Positions 13,740 through 27,918 of a stretch of DNA of 64,000 bases are shown in pieces. The notes under the pieces are model-generated. The model made no database searches, was not told the origin of the DNA, and saw nothing but the letters and a program-made list of their open reading frames with translations. Within the stretch, counting starts at the first letter, position 1. The number at the start of each line of letters is the position of its first letter. The stretch comes from the human T2T-CHM13v2.0 reference genome, Homo sapiens. The position numbers and the translations under genes are program-made. The DNA lies in NCBI RefSeq assembly GCF_009914755.1, contig NC_060946.1; one strand, given 5' to 3'.

Positions 13740-15830
13740 CAATCATATAATTTTCAAAGTTCAAGTAGAAATGGAGCACAGTATTCTGGGAGTTGATGAC
13801 AGTGGATGATTATAACAAGAATGAAAGTACCATGTCAAGATACAAAAGTCAATTAATTTCTTTTGTAGTGGAAATAAAATTTAAAATAAAGGAAAGTAGC
13901 CATCAGATGGAAAAATAATTAACACAGATGCAGTTTCCACCTTACACAATTTATGAAAAATATTCCACAGATGTAAATGTAAACTGCAAAACTATAACAA
14001 TTCTAAAAACAATCAAAGGAGAAATCTATATAACCTTGAATTTGAGGATGAGATTTCATATGCAACATTGAAAGAATGAATCTTCAGAGAAAAAAAAATA
14101 TGGTGGACTTTGTCAGAATTAAAAAATTCTACTCTGTGAAAGACACTGCTGAGAGAAGGAAAAGACAAGCCCCAGACCATAAGAAAATATTTTCCAGACA
14201 CATATGTAAGAAATGACTTGTATGAAAAGGACCTGTAAAATCAATAATAAGAAAACAAACTTAAAAATATATATAAATATATAAACAGACACCTCACTAA
14301 TTAAGGTACATATATAATATAGGCATAAAAAGGTGCTCAATATTACTTAACATTAGAGAAAAGGAAATTAAAACAAAAATGAGAAACGATTACTTGCACA
14401 GCAATCCCAATCGCTGATCATGTTTGAAACAGCAGGAATTCTCATTCATTGCTGTTGTTCATGCATAGTGGCACGGCAACTTTGGAGGACATTTTGGCAG
14501 TTTCTTATAAAGCTAAACACAGTCTCAAAGCAAGAGTCACCAAATATGCTCATAAATATTTACTTGTGTTTTGAAAACTAATATCAAGATAAAAGCCAGC
14601 ACAAAAATATATATTGCACCTTTACTTATAATGGCCAGATAGTTGAATGAAACAAGATCATTAAGCTTGAATGATCCTGCAATAAATTGAAGTATACCTA
14701 AATGTAGTATATCCATGTAATAGAATATTATTCAGTGATAAGAATGAAAAAGGTATCAAGACATACAAAGCCATGAATGAATTGCAAATTCATATGGCTA
14801 AGTTAAAGAAGTCAGTCTAGAGAGCGTTTAATCTCATTTAAATGGCATTCTGAAGAGACAAAGCTATAAATTTGGTAAAGAGATCAGTTCAGTTTACCAG
14901 GGTTGTCAGGGGATGCTAGGGGTAGAGAGGAATGCACAAGCGAATAATTCTGTATACTTTAAGGGTGGATACTTGTCACTCTGCATTTGACAAAATCCAC
15001 AGATTTTTACAGCATAGAGTAAATCATAAACCATACAAATTAAAACATTAATAATCTAGGAGATAGGTGGATCCTAGAATGGAATGCAAATATGACTAAA
15101 GAATCTGTCTTGCAAATACAAAAAACAAACTCATTGTGGTGGGGCAGAATCATGTCATCATCCAGTAACTCTGGAAATTAGTGGAATTTACAAGATTAAA
15201 GGCAAAAGGAAGAGTGAATAAGAAGATTCCACTTGATAAAAAAAAATTTTCCAGTGGGGTACTGGTTAACAACTGTGAAACCCTTGAGATCATAGACTGG
15301 GATTGAACAAATAAATAGTTGTCAGATGGCAGGAGCGATTTCTCACTACTGCAATGGGAAGTGACAGGGAAGTCAGGGGAGGATAAAAGGGCCTGTGTGA
15401 TAATGCATTCAAGTTTGAAAGCAGTAGTTTGTACTCATGTTTAGCCTAATATAAAAAGGGATGTCTCCGTATAGAAATATGTATAGACTTAAATATTTAT
15501 AAATTTATGTTGGTATACTAAACTTAACCTGTGTATATGCAGGCTAAATCTAGTATACCAACATATATTTATTTATACTATCATTGAGAGGGCCAGGAAG
15601 AAGGACACCTCAGCAGCAACAAACACACTTGGCTTCTGAATCTAGGTTTTCGAGGCCTTTCTCCAATAAAAGCAAGCACTGCTCCTTGGAAAAACAGCTA
15701 ATTCTAGGTTTGGGCTAGAAAATGTGCACAAGGAGACTGGAGAGTCTTGTACTATTGAAAAGTAAAGAAGTGTAACATCAACAACTAAAACATGCATGCA
15801 CACTATTTTTTGAATTACTTTCATGTTGCA
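13740..15830 (+). mobile_element. Old mammalian L1 (L1M-type) 3' region, heavily diverged
   Basis: A-rich with degenerate L1 ORF2-end/3' UTR motifs (ctctgtgaaagacactg, caactttggaggacattttggcagtttcttataaagctaaac); boundaries approximate. Confidence 0.6.
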
Positions 15831-15986
15831 TGAAAAATTAACCATTACTAACGAATAAGATGTGTATACAGTTGCAAACATTTCCTGTCCACCCAAGGAT
15901 TTGACTTGGTTCTACCAGGCACTGGCCTATTTCCATCTCATTTGACTGGAAAATCAATATTAACACAGTTAACTACACATCTTTTA

Positions 15987-16278
<292 letters not shown>

Positions 16279-16280
16279 TT

Positions 16281-16431
16281 TTAGATTCAGTTTTTGTTTG
16301 TTTTTTTATTATACTTTAAGTTTTAGGGTACATGTGCACAATGTGCAAGTTAGTTACATATGTATACATGTGCCATGTTGGTGTGCGGAGGGATAGCATT
16401 TGGAGATATACCTAATGTTAGATTCAGTTTT
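16281..16431 (-). mobile_element. Tiny 5'-inverted young L1PA insertion with 14-bp TSD
   Basis: TSD ttagattcagtttt at 16281-16294 and 16418-16431; poly(T) plus antisense L1 3' end to 16386; sense L1 3' UTR piece 16387-16417. Confidence 0.88.
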
Positions 16432-16592
16432 AAACCTGTATCTACAAACCCTTCACTATATGTATTACATCCACTCATTGAAACAACTAAGCCTTTACAA
16501 GTATCCCTTTAACCTGCTTTGTTGGTTCTCAAGTGGTAAACACCTAAAATCAGTGAATTAACACAGTAATGATACAACTTTTCAGTAACATT

Positions 16593-17041
16593 TGTCGAAG
16601 TCAAAATAAAAGATGAATCTCTAAATTTAATGTTTTATTTTTGGAAGCAACAATTGCAATTCAGGGCATACAAACAAGCCAGGTGGTCTTTGGTATATCT
16701 GAAGAACAAAGAGAAGTTTGGGGGCTTTATTTTAAAAAGAAACATTATGTATTGTTTTGAAAGAAGGCTCATTGGCACTACAGAAGCTTTTGGGAGCTGC
16801 AAAGCTCTGATTGGTGAGTGATGGTGGCAGGTAAAACTAGTCTTGGTGTCAAAGCAGGAAGTTTTGTCAGTCACTAGATAAAACTAGTCTTAGGCTGACA
16901 GCAGGCCATTTCAGCAGCTGGATTGTGGAAAATAAAATTCTTGGAGCAAGTGCTATGTTCCCTTAGTGCTTTTACCCCCTAGTCCCTAGAGTCTGATTTA
17001 GTTGAGTATGACAAGAATTACACAATTCATAAACTGTCACA
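16593..17041 (-). mobile_element. Solo ERV1/MER4-group LTR (MER65-like)
   Basis: TG...CA termini, 4-bp TSD CATT (16589-16592 and 17042-17045); family name from recalled similarity only. Confidence 0.7.
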
Positions 17042-17271
17042 CATTCTTTGATTCTATTTTTAAACACCTATCTAAAAACACTTCACTGCACACATTATAT
17101 ACATGTGTTGAAATAACTTGATAAAGCTAAGCCTTTAACCTTAATGGTAAGTCATATGTTTAAAGAAGTATATGTAAACACTTGATTGTTTAGTTTACAG
17201 TTAGGTAATCATATAATCATTAAATAGGCACTGTTAAATCATTTTTAAGCAATATTATTATAATCATCTTT

Positions 17272-17303
17272 TATGTATGTATGTATGTACGTATGTATGT
17301 ATG
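17272..17303. repeat. (TATG)n microsatellite
   Basis: Direct inspection. Confidence 0.9.
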
Positions 17304-18608
17304 CACAAACACTTCACCATACATTACAATGCTCTAAAATACCACACTTCAACACATTCAAGCTTTAAGTCCATATGGCACCCAAAATGTTTAAAGCAGT
17401 ATTTTCAAACACTTCTTTACCTAGTTTACAGTTTGGTACACACTTAAGTCCACTCACATACCCTACCACCCCATTCCAGAAAAAAAGAGCATCAGTTCTG
17501 ATTTACTGTTCTGGAATTCAGTTTTCTCTTCCTTTTTGGCCCCTGGTGATTCTCCCTTACTGTCTTGCAAGTTTAGCTACATACTAAAAATGAGTTTATA
17601 AAGCAAAAATTGCCAAATACACTAAGGGCCAATTCACCATGAATTGGCAGATGCAACAAACAAACAGAACATCTGGTATTTACTTGGAACTTCTCAGCTT
17701 TTCAAACTTAACATGAGACAGAGTTGTTTAATAGTCAGAGCTACTTAAAATGGAATAGGCTGCCTAGATACCTCCTGAGCTCCCTGTCACCACAGGTGGG
17801 TGAACAGAGGAGACAGGACTTCCATTTGTTGGAAATGTAACCCAAGGGTTTGGCACCAAAAAGGAGGAAAATAAAGAGCTCTGAGCTTCTGAGACTGTTA
17901 CTGTTTGTTTCCTGGTAGACTGTGAGTTTCTGGTGGGCAGGGACCACATTGTTTTGAGCTCTTTGTCCTCTGTGCCCAGTATATGTCTGCAGTGAATGAG
18001 GGAATTCGCTGTAAGAGCACTGTAAGGGAATTAATGTAAGAGCATTAATGTAGTGTGGAGAATGCTATAATGTAAGTATGAACAAAGAGGAGGGAGCATG
18101 GCCCTGTACTGGGCAGAGGGAAACCCAAGATGAATGAGACACAGGCTTTGCACTCTGGGCACAGAAGGTCTGATCTAGGAGATAAGATAATCTGCAAATA
18201 CCTATTACTAGCAGAAGCAGGCAGTTAAGCTTTATAATACAGGTACAGATAGCTTAGGGAGCCAACTTGAGAAGATTCTGGAAACCATCATAGAGAGGAG
18301 ATCTAGGAGTTAGGCCTTGACAGATAGGAACTGGCAAGAGGAGGTCGCTCCAGATGAGTCAGAGGAAAAGGCACAGAAGTGGGAACATCCAATTTCAGTT
18401 TGGCAGTAGTGTGTTGGCAGAGCGTAGGGAAGATCAAAAAGATCAGCAGAGTGCAGTGCTTTGAAACTAGGCTGAGTCATTCTGCATCCAGCAGATCTGG
18501 GCATCTCCACGTTTCCACCAAACTACTTGATGTCAGAGAAGGGGACTTACCCAAAGCAGCCTGACATGAGCTCAGAGTCCCTCTACAACCTCATTGTACC
18601 TCAGAGAC

Positions 18609-20856
18609 TCAGCTAAGCAAGGAGGTGAAAGATTACTTTATGGAGAATTACAAAACACTGCTGAAAGAAATCAGAAATGACACAAATAAATGGAAAAACA
18701 TCACATGCTTATAGATTGGAAGAAACAACATCACTGAAATGACGATACTTCCCAAAGGAATTTACAGATTCAATGTTATTCCCATCAAACTACCAACATC
18801 ATTTTTCACAGAATTAGAAAAATTATTCTAAAATCCATTTGGAACAACAACAACAAAAAAAAACCCTGAATAGTCAAAGTAAGCCTAAGCAAAAAAAAAA
18901 AAAAAGAATACAAAACAGAACAGAAAGCAAAACAAAACAGTGGGAGGCATCACACTACCCAACTTCAAACTATGCTACAGGGACACAGTAACCTAATACT
19001 GACTGGTACAAAAATGGACACATAGACCAATGGAACAAAATATAAAAGCCAGAAATAAAGCTGCATACCTACAACCACCTGATCTTCAACAAAGTCAACA
19101 AAAATAAGCAATGGGGAAAGGACTCTCTACGTAATAAATGGTCCTGAGTAACTGGCTATGCATACGCAGAAGAATAAAACTGGACCCCTACTGTATTAGT
19201 CAGCATTCTCTACAGGGACAGGACTAGTAGGATAGATGTACATATGAAACGGAGTTTATTAAGGATTATTAAGTCACACAATAATGAGGTGAAGATCCAC
19301 AATAAGTCATCTGCAAGCTGAGAAGCAAAAATGCCAGCCCTAGTCCCCAAACCTAAAAAGTAGGGAAGCTGATGGGGCAGCCTTCAGTCTGTGGCTGAAG
19401 GCCCGAGAGCCCCTGGCAAACAACTGGTGTAAGTCCAAGAGTCCTAAAGCTGGAGAACTTGGAGTCCAGTGTTCAAGGACAGGAAGCAGCCAGCATGGGA
19501 GACAGATGAAGGCCAGAAGACTCAGCCAGTCTAGTCCTTCCATGTTCCTCCGCCTGCTTTTATCCTAGCTGCACTGGCAGCTGATTAGATGGTGCCCACC
19601 CAGATTGAGGGTGGGCCTGCCTCTTTCAGTCCACCGACTCAAATGTTAATCTTTTTTGGCAACACTCTCACAGACACACTGAGGAACAATACTTTGCATC
19701 CTTCGATCCAGTCAAGTTGACACTCATTATTAAACATCACACCTACCTATCACCACATACAAAAATTAATTCAAGATGTATTAAAGACTTAAGTGAAAGA
19801 TTGCAAACTAATCAAAATCCTATAAGAAAACCTAGGAAATATCCTTCTAAATATAAGCCTGGGCAAATAATCTGTGGCTATGTCCTCAAAAGCAATTGCT
19901 ACAAAAACAAAAATTAACAAGTGAGACCTAATTAACTAAAGAGCTTCTCCACAGCAAAGGAAACTATCAAGGAAGTAAACAGACAACCTACATAATGGAA
20001 GAAAGTATTTGCAAACCATGCATTCAACAAAAGTCAAGTATCCAGAATCTATAAGTAATTTAAACAATTGAACAAGCAAAAAGCAAATAACCCCATTAAA
20101 AAGAAGGCAAAGGACATAAACAGCCACTTCTCAAAAAAAGACATACAAGAATATTTATGAAAAAAATGCTTATCATCACTAATTATCAGGGAAATGCAAA
20201 TCAAAACCATAATGAGATGTCATCTCATACCAGTCAGAATGGCTATTACTAAAAAGTCAAAAAATAACACATTGATGAGGCTGTTGAAAAAGGAGTGGGT
20301 ATACACTGTTGATGGGAATTTAAGTCAGTTCAACCACTGTGGAGAGCAGTGTGGAAATTTCTCAGAGAACTTAAAACAGTACTACCATTCAATGGTAGTT
20401 TTTTTTCACAAAAGCAAAGACATGGAATGAACCCAGGTGCCCATCAATTATGGGTAGAATAAATAAAACGTGGCACATATACACTATGAAGTACTACACA
20501 CCTATAAAAAAAAGAATGAAATTAAGCCCTTTGCTGCCATGTGGATGCAGCTGGAAACCATCATCCTAAACAAACAGATGCAGAAACAGAAAATCAAATA
20601 TCACATGTTCTCACTTATAAGTGGGAGCTAAACATTGGGTATGCATGGTAATAAAAATGGGAGCAATAGACTTTTGGGAATACAAGAGCGAGGAGAGAGG
20701 GAGGGGTGTAAGGGTTGATAAAAACTACCTACGGGTTTCTAGGCTCACTACCTGGGTGATGGATTCACTCATGCTCCGAACCTCAGCACCATACAATATA
20801 CCCATGTAACAAACCTACACATATATCTTGATTGTAAATTAAAGTTGGACAAAAAG
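18609..20856 (+). mobile_element. 5'-truncated L1 (L1PB/L1MA-like) interrupted by an MLT2 LTR
   Basis: ORF2 3' sequence (acaaaacactgctgaaagaaatcaga...) through the 3' UTR ending ...attaaagttggacaaaaa; possible TSD agactcag on both sides. Confidence 0.85.
19192..19741 (-). mobile_element. Solo MLT2 LTR (MLT2B-like)
   Basis: TGTATTAG...CATCACA termini, 5-bp TSD CCTAC (19187-19191, 19742-19746); homologous to the HERV-L LTRs in this window. Confidence 0.9.
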
Positions 20857-23800
20857 ACTCAGGCATGTAGTTCATAAACACTTGTTTTAACATAAATGCA
20901 TATTTTTCTTTGTTGAATATTAGAGAATATAGCTCCAGGAAAAAGTGCTACATTTTTCCTGTGGCTTTGGATACCACTTGCCAACAAGCCAGTTTGAGAG
21001 GCAAGACAGAAAAGTATAGGATTTTATTGTTTATGAAATTCTTCCACATGTTCTATAAGCACATTATGGTTTGGATTTATGTTCCCTTGCACACAAGCTC
21101 TGGAAAGTGCTTGTACCAAGGCACATGCATCAGGCTACGCCAGTTTCTCTGGGAGCAGCAGACCTTGCTCAGGGAGCCATCGTATGTAAATTTCCAGAAG
21201 CATTAGGAGCTTAAGAGTAATTTGGGGAATTGTTATTTTCCTAAGAGTATGAAGTTCCATTCTTTGGGAAAAAATGGCATTCTATGTTCTTTTTTCTGTT
21301 GTGAATATTTTTCCATCTCTCTCTCTCTCCCTCTCTCTATGTGTGTGTATGTGTGTGTGCATGGTAGGTTCTGTCCATCTGTCTGCCTTTTTGCCCCTAT
21401 TTGTTTATTGTGTGTGGGGCAAGGAAGACTTGGATAGGGCAGAATTGCAAGAAAAAAGAGGGACTAAGAGAGAAGATGCTGTTATCTCCCCTCTGGCAGC
21501 TCTTTTGATTTTTTTTAATCATCTGTGGGAGGTGATTGGCTAATCTGATATATTATCTAATAAATGCTCCTGGGAAATGAGTGAGTTAAACCACTGCTCA
21601 AGCAACGTCTTCTGTGGTAGTCAGAGGACATGCACTGGGGAGATGAGGGTATTGGGTGCTAAGCCAGCTCGAAGCTCTGTGGAACCTTGTACAAATCTAG
21701 GGCACTGTACTCAGGATCTAGGGACAAGAACAGGGCTAGAGTAACTGTCATAAATGCTGCTTAAATCAATTAAGAAACACTACATTGTGCTTAGGTGTTT
21801 TCTTTAAAATATATCATTATTAGAACTAGTGCTTGGTAATATTGCTGCAGGTGCAGCTGTTTAATGTGATAAAGGGTAATGAGGGGAAAGCTTGCTCGTG
21901 ACCACACCACAGACCCCCAGCACCCTCCCATTGTCCTGACTGTAGGATCATGTTCCAAGGGGGTGACTAATTGTCTTGCAAGTTGACTCTGCAAATCTAA
22001 AAGTAGAAGATGAAAGCAGGAACATGATTGTGGGTAAGCACCATGGAAGTATAGAATGCCAAACTAATAGAAGGTAGACATATCCTCACCTGACAGATGA
22101 GGAAATCCAGGCCCAGGGAGGTTTACAGGTTGAGTCAGAGAGGCTCACTGACCATGGCCAGACAGCAAGTGAGGACGAGCGCTGGGCCTCACACTGAGGT
22201 CTTGATGCCACTGGATTTGGCCAATGGACCAGGGCTGTAGCTGCTGGACTCCTGTAAGAACTTATGAATCCTTCATTCACTGCCATGTGACCTGGCCAAT
22301 TATTTTCTCTATCTGAATCTTAGTCATTTAATCTATAAAATGGGCATACTTTAAGGTGGTATGAAGGGAAAGGTCACATAAAAGGCCCTCACGTCAAGAT
22401 GAGAAGCTGGACTGTGTTTGCAGGCAGAAGCTGTTGGCACCATTTGTAGGCAGTCTCCCAGGACTCCAGCCAGGTTGGATGTAGTGAAGACGACTTCCCA
22501 GAGGAGATGACTGTTTTCTAGCCCAGTTACTGGGCTGATTCTGGTGCCCACTGCCTTGCCTTGTTTCCTCCTCAGGACTTTCATGCTCCCAGTGAGGATT
22601 ACACTAAGCAGCAATTATGGCAGGAGGCCTGGATCTCACAGGAGAGCAAGCTGACTGGTTTCTGCCCTGAGCTCATGGCCAAGTCAGTTACGGGCAACAC
22701 TGTTTTTAATCAATCTGGGTGCCCCATGCTGCGTGAACAGCATCCCTCAGGCCTTGCTCGTGGCTTTTGAATAGATGCTGATTTTGCACTTCCTGTCTGC
22801 CCTTGGTTCTCTGCATTATGGTCAATGATAGATGGTAGAAAGGAGTGAGAATGTAGGCTGGAGAGAGTGGGTCTTGCTTTGCATTGCTGACATGATCCCG
22901 AGGTCTGTGGGCACATGAAGGCCCCAGACGGCCTCAAGCCATTGCCAAGGCAGTAGGTAGCAACGGGATGAGAACTCAAGATGGGCACAAGGGACGGGGC
23001 TGCAGTGGGAGGAGGGGTCCTCACTGGGCTGGTTGATATCACTGACTTTTCTCCATGAGTCCATGGTGGTGGATTGTGTCTTCCTGTGTGGAGCTCCCAT
23101 TCATTCTGGTTTCAGACATATTTTTGTTTAATGCAACAAATGCAGTATTTATTGTCTATGGCTACCTATTCACTTTATGGCTTGCTTAAAAATCACTCAA
23201 AATTTCAGCTTTGATTCTGTGAAAGTAAGCTTTGATCCAGGTTTATAGTATGACTTCAAGTCAGTTTCTCCTCTCTGAGCTTCAGGTTCAGCAGAGGAGG
23301 TTGGATGTGATCTCCAAGCTGCTGCTACTTGTTCTTCTCAAACTTCCTGGTGAAGGACTTGTTTTTTTCTAATTTTGGTCTGCTGCAGACCATTACTTTT
23401 GTAAAATACAATAAAATGACTTACCAAAAAAAAAATGATCCTGTGCTTATATGGCCATGGTAATATCACAATGCTTTACAGGTTTCTAAATGCTTCCTCC
23501 ATTTCTTGCCTTGCATTGCCTTGGACCAGCTAAGTGGCCCACACTTTGAGAAGTGCTATTCTATGCAGTGGGCTGTTTGGAGAAATGCATGAGTGATCTT
23601 TCCAGATTGTCTAGTGAGAAGAGAAACAAAGCTGGGATCTGGAAATCAGCTTGTTCCAGGGAATATGGGCATGAAGAGGATCTCCTTCCTGTCTGCCACA
23701 GGGCCACACCTCTGCCATCAGGAGCCAGTCTACACCACCGTGTCCTCTTCTGTCAGGATAATTCTCATACTGATGCCTGCCTTTCTCATTTGAAGGCAGG

Positions 23801-26549
23801 GGGATAACTTTGGGTGACTCTAGGGCCAGGGTGCTGAGCAGGGACTGCAGGAGTGAACTGGGGCCGTGTGTTGGAGCCAGATGCACTGCCCTGCATAGGT
23901 CTGAATGCCCTGTCCCGGGGAAGCAGGGAGAAAGCGGTGTGGGTAGAATAACTCATGGTGGTTCTAGGGCCAGGACCCCGAACAGGGGCTGCAGCAGTGG
24001 ACTGGGACAGAGGTGGAGCTTGCTGCTTTGCAGGGGTCTGTATGTTCTTTCCTGGGGAACCACGGAGAAAGGGGTGTGGGGGCTGCTGTGGGTGGGATGA
24101 TGTTGACATGAACTCTGTGGCAGACCAGAGCCCCAGCCTTAGAACCCTGGCATCACAAGATGTTAGGACACACTAATTTTTGGCTCCTGGGGCTATGGGA
24201 TGTCAGAGCTAGAAGGGACTTCGGGGGTTACCTTGCTATACCGCTTATTTTCCAAACCAAGGTCATTGCTGTGTTTCTGATCCCAAACACTCTGGGCCAA
24301 GTGTTCACCTTCTCTTCCTCCAGGTCCCATGCCTCCAGCCTCACCTTGAACTAGAAATGCCTGTTCTGCCTTCGGCCTGGAGGCCATGGGTGAGGAGAAG
24401 CTCCTTTGGGGCCTTTGCTTACCCTGGGCACTCCTGCTTTTTTGTGAAGCTTCAAACACTCTTGGCTTCATTTGAGAACAACTCACAGCCTTTTATTTCC
24501 AGGCTGCAGTGGCTCTTTGCCTTCCTGGATCACAGCCAAGTGTGTGCAGGGGGAGGAGTGGGTGGAAAGGAAGCTCTGGTCAGGCCTCCACAGTGACACC
24601 CTCCCTGCCCCAGGACCTACCTGCATCTGACTACAAAAGCCTACTTCATGGAAGAAGCTATTGAGCCCTTGTCCATGCTAGCACAGGTTCATGACAGAGA
24701 CTGTGGGGCCATGGCAGGGCCCCCTCGAGCCCCATTCTGTACTGCTGCCCACATCTCTCTCTCCAGTGATTCCACCTACTGCATTAAGTCTGGGGCCTTC
24801 ATGTGCTGTAAGTATCATTCATCTACTGTGACCTCTGAGCACCCACATTGCCAGGCATCCCTGGGCTGTTGAGGGTACAGAGGTGAATGAAGAAGGTGAA
24901 CAAGAAGGGGGAGAATGGCCTGGGACCAGGGACCCACAGGACACCACTACCCTCTCTGTGAAGGCGCTGTGTGGTCTCCAGCTTTGACTTGAACCTGGTC
25001 AACTACTTCCTGTTCCCTCAGGCTGACAGCAGAGAACCGCTGCTCCAGCGAGGTGGGTGCTGTCCTGAAGGGTGTTGAACAGGCAGGGGCCTGAGCCAGG
25101 TGCCACACTACCTCATCCAGAGATTGCTGTGCTTCCCCTTCAATGCAGGAACTGCAAGATCCTGGGTGACATCACTGCCCCACTTGCTGGTGCCAGGCCA
25201 GGACTGTGGACTAGCACTGAACCAGCACTCTCTGGAGTGTCCCAGGAGAGCCGTCCCAACCACTGCTAAGCCCGCAAGGGTGCTGCCGCCCAGGCCCTAT
25301 GGGAACTGCCCACACAGGTGGCCTTCTCCTGCTGTCTATCTGCAATGTCCCCTCCCTTTTACCCAAGGAAGGTCTGTGTGCTCTTTTACCAGCAGTGGCC
25401 TAGGGAGGGGCCCAAGGCTGAGCCGGGCTCTCCCAGAGTCTGGACCATGTCCACCCTCCATAGGGCTGAACGGAAGCCATTTCCAAGGACAGCAGCATCC
25501 TCACCTGTGGAAGAGCAGACACACCAGGATCCTGGATTTGATCTCCTGGGTGGAGATGCATCCAGTCCCAGCCAAGCACTGGTTCGATACAATATTTCCC
25601 TTCACTTTGAGCCTTTTAAAAAAATCCATCCATCCATTCATTCATTCATTGCTCAGTGCTCGGAATATATCGGTGGCCCAGGCACCTAACCCCTTACTTC
25701 AGAGGAACAGACTTTGAATAATGAATTATGCAGTTGTTTAGTAAGTGTGCTGTTCTACGAGTGTGAATGGCCAAGTGTCAGTGGGAGGTTAGTTCTACCT
25801 CCTAACTGTGCCTGTGACTCCACCCTTTAGAGTTAAGGGTGGTATCAAAATATTTAACAACTGGAACAGCAAAGGCTTTGGCCAGCAGGATGAGTTTCAG
25901 CCATGGACAGCCAGAGCAGTAGCTGAGGGCTGAGCGAGGGCAGTCCAGTGATCTTCTTGTGCCTTGACCATGCTATAGCCTCTTTTCTATGAAGAGAAAG
26001 ACCCTTGTTCTCAAGCAGTATGAAACCAGCCTCTCTGAAGCCTTTGAAAGCTGTTGCTCTTCCTGTATGCTGTACCCTCGATTTCCTCACTGCATCTGGG
26101 CAGCATGATAGGGACCCATGCTGCTCCTTGGTAAGGAGAGGACATACCCCTGTCCCCATCACTTGAGGTACAGCATGGAGTGACAGCCCTGTGTGCTGAA
26201 GGACTTGCCTAGTTCTGAGGCTGGGAGGACCTAGAGGATGGAATGGAAGAGAGAGGAAGGGTGCACAGGATGGGGGGTCCCAGTGGAATACTGTGGAGGG
26301 GACTCACCTCTCAGGTGCACTTGAAACCCAAATAAATAACTGGAAATGTTTCAGACCCAAGAATTCTGGACTGCCCACAAACACCTGTTGCAGATGCCAC
26401 ATCCCTCTTTCCTTGCATCTGAGAAGCTGGGGAGGTTGAGAGGGGGTTGTCACATCTCCAGAGCTGGACTTGGCATGGGTCAGGGCTAGCTGGGAGGCAG
26501 CCCCCTGTTTCTCCAGAACTCGAACCCATCTCCTTCCCATGGACACCAT

Positions 26550-26853
26550 CCCATCCAGGAGCTGGAGAGGAGCACATGAGCAGCCACACTGGCAGGGCCC
26601 AGGACCAGCTGTCACCACAGGGCCATGGTGCACCTACCATGCCTACACCTAGCTCCTTACCACAGGCAACAACCCAGCCTGGAGCTAGAGAAACGCAGGA
26701 GCAGCCACACTCGCAGAGCCCAGGATCAGCCCTCACCACAGGTTTCCCACTCCAGAGCCCGCACCCGGCTCCTTTCCTGGGCCCCACCCCATCCTGGAGT
26801 TGAAGCAGAGAAGTGGGGCATGTACGGGGCCTGGGAGCAGCCCTTACCACAGG
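26550..26853. repeat. Degenerate GC-rich tandem repeat, ~115-123 bp unit, ~2.5 copies
   Basis: Units start at 26550, 26673 and 26788 (ccca(t/g)cc(a/t)ggag...cagc..t(c/t)accacagg). Confidence 0.7.
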
Positions 26854-27596
26854 GTCCGCAAGCACCATTCCTACAGTGCCATTTGGGAGAACATGGAAGG
26901 TAAAAAGGCACCAGGGACCTCAAGGGCTGCCCCACTTGTGCAGTGGGTGGAGCAGTGGAGGGGAGTTGTGAGATGTCAGACCTCAGGAACCTGTTGCCAG
27001 GGGCCCAGTGGACACAGACACAGATGAAGCCCTCTCAGAACCACCTCTAGACTCCCTTCTAAGAAAGACGGATTGGCAGGTGCTAGCACAATGTCCAGTT
27101 TACAGATTAGGAAAGTAGATTCTGTGATAAAGAGAATTTATTTTCTCTCTGAGCCAGGAAAAGTACCTATTTCCTATTTAAGATGAAGTGAACAGACTGG
27201 CACAGTGGCCTTCCTGGGTCATTGGAGAAATGATTCTGAAATGGTTTTCTTGTTGACAGTGTGTGTCTGTGCCTGCCCAGGGCAGCCAGGTGCTCAGGCT
27301 CAGCCTAAGGTGAGACTTGAGTGAGTGTGGGCTCCACTCCCAGAAAGACCCAAGCAGCCCACCCTGGGCTGTATTCCTCATGAACTTCACTACCGTCCTG
27401 CTCCAGTGCTTCAGTACAAAGGAGCCTGCCAGCACGAGGCCTGTCCAGTGACCACAGCAGAAATGATAGCCTCTTGAGCACACTCCTGTCACCCCCAGGT
27501 GTGCTCACAGGGTAAATACACATAACAAAAGTTTTAAAAGAAAATGGAATAACTTCAGTGATTAGGCACCAACAGTGATTTGAAAAATGAAATGTC

Positions 27597-27918
<322 letters not shown>

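Noticed and set aside
25100-25717. 205-aa ORF
   Set aside because: GTG start, no domain, and it runs into an L2-like tail (cattcattcattcatt); expected by chance in GC-rich DNA.
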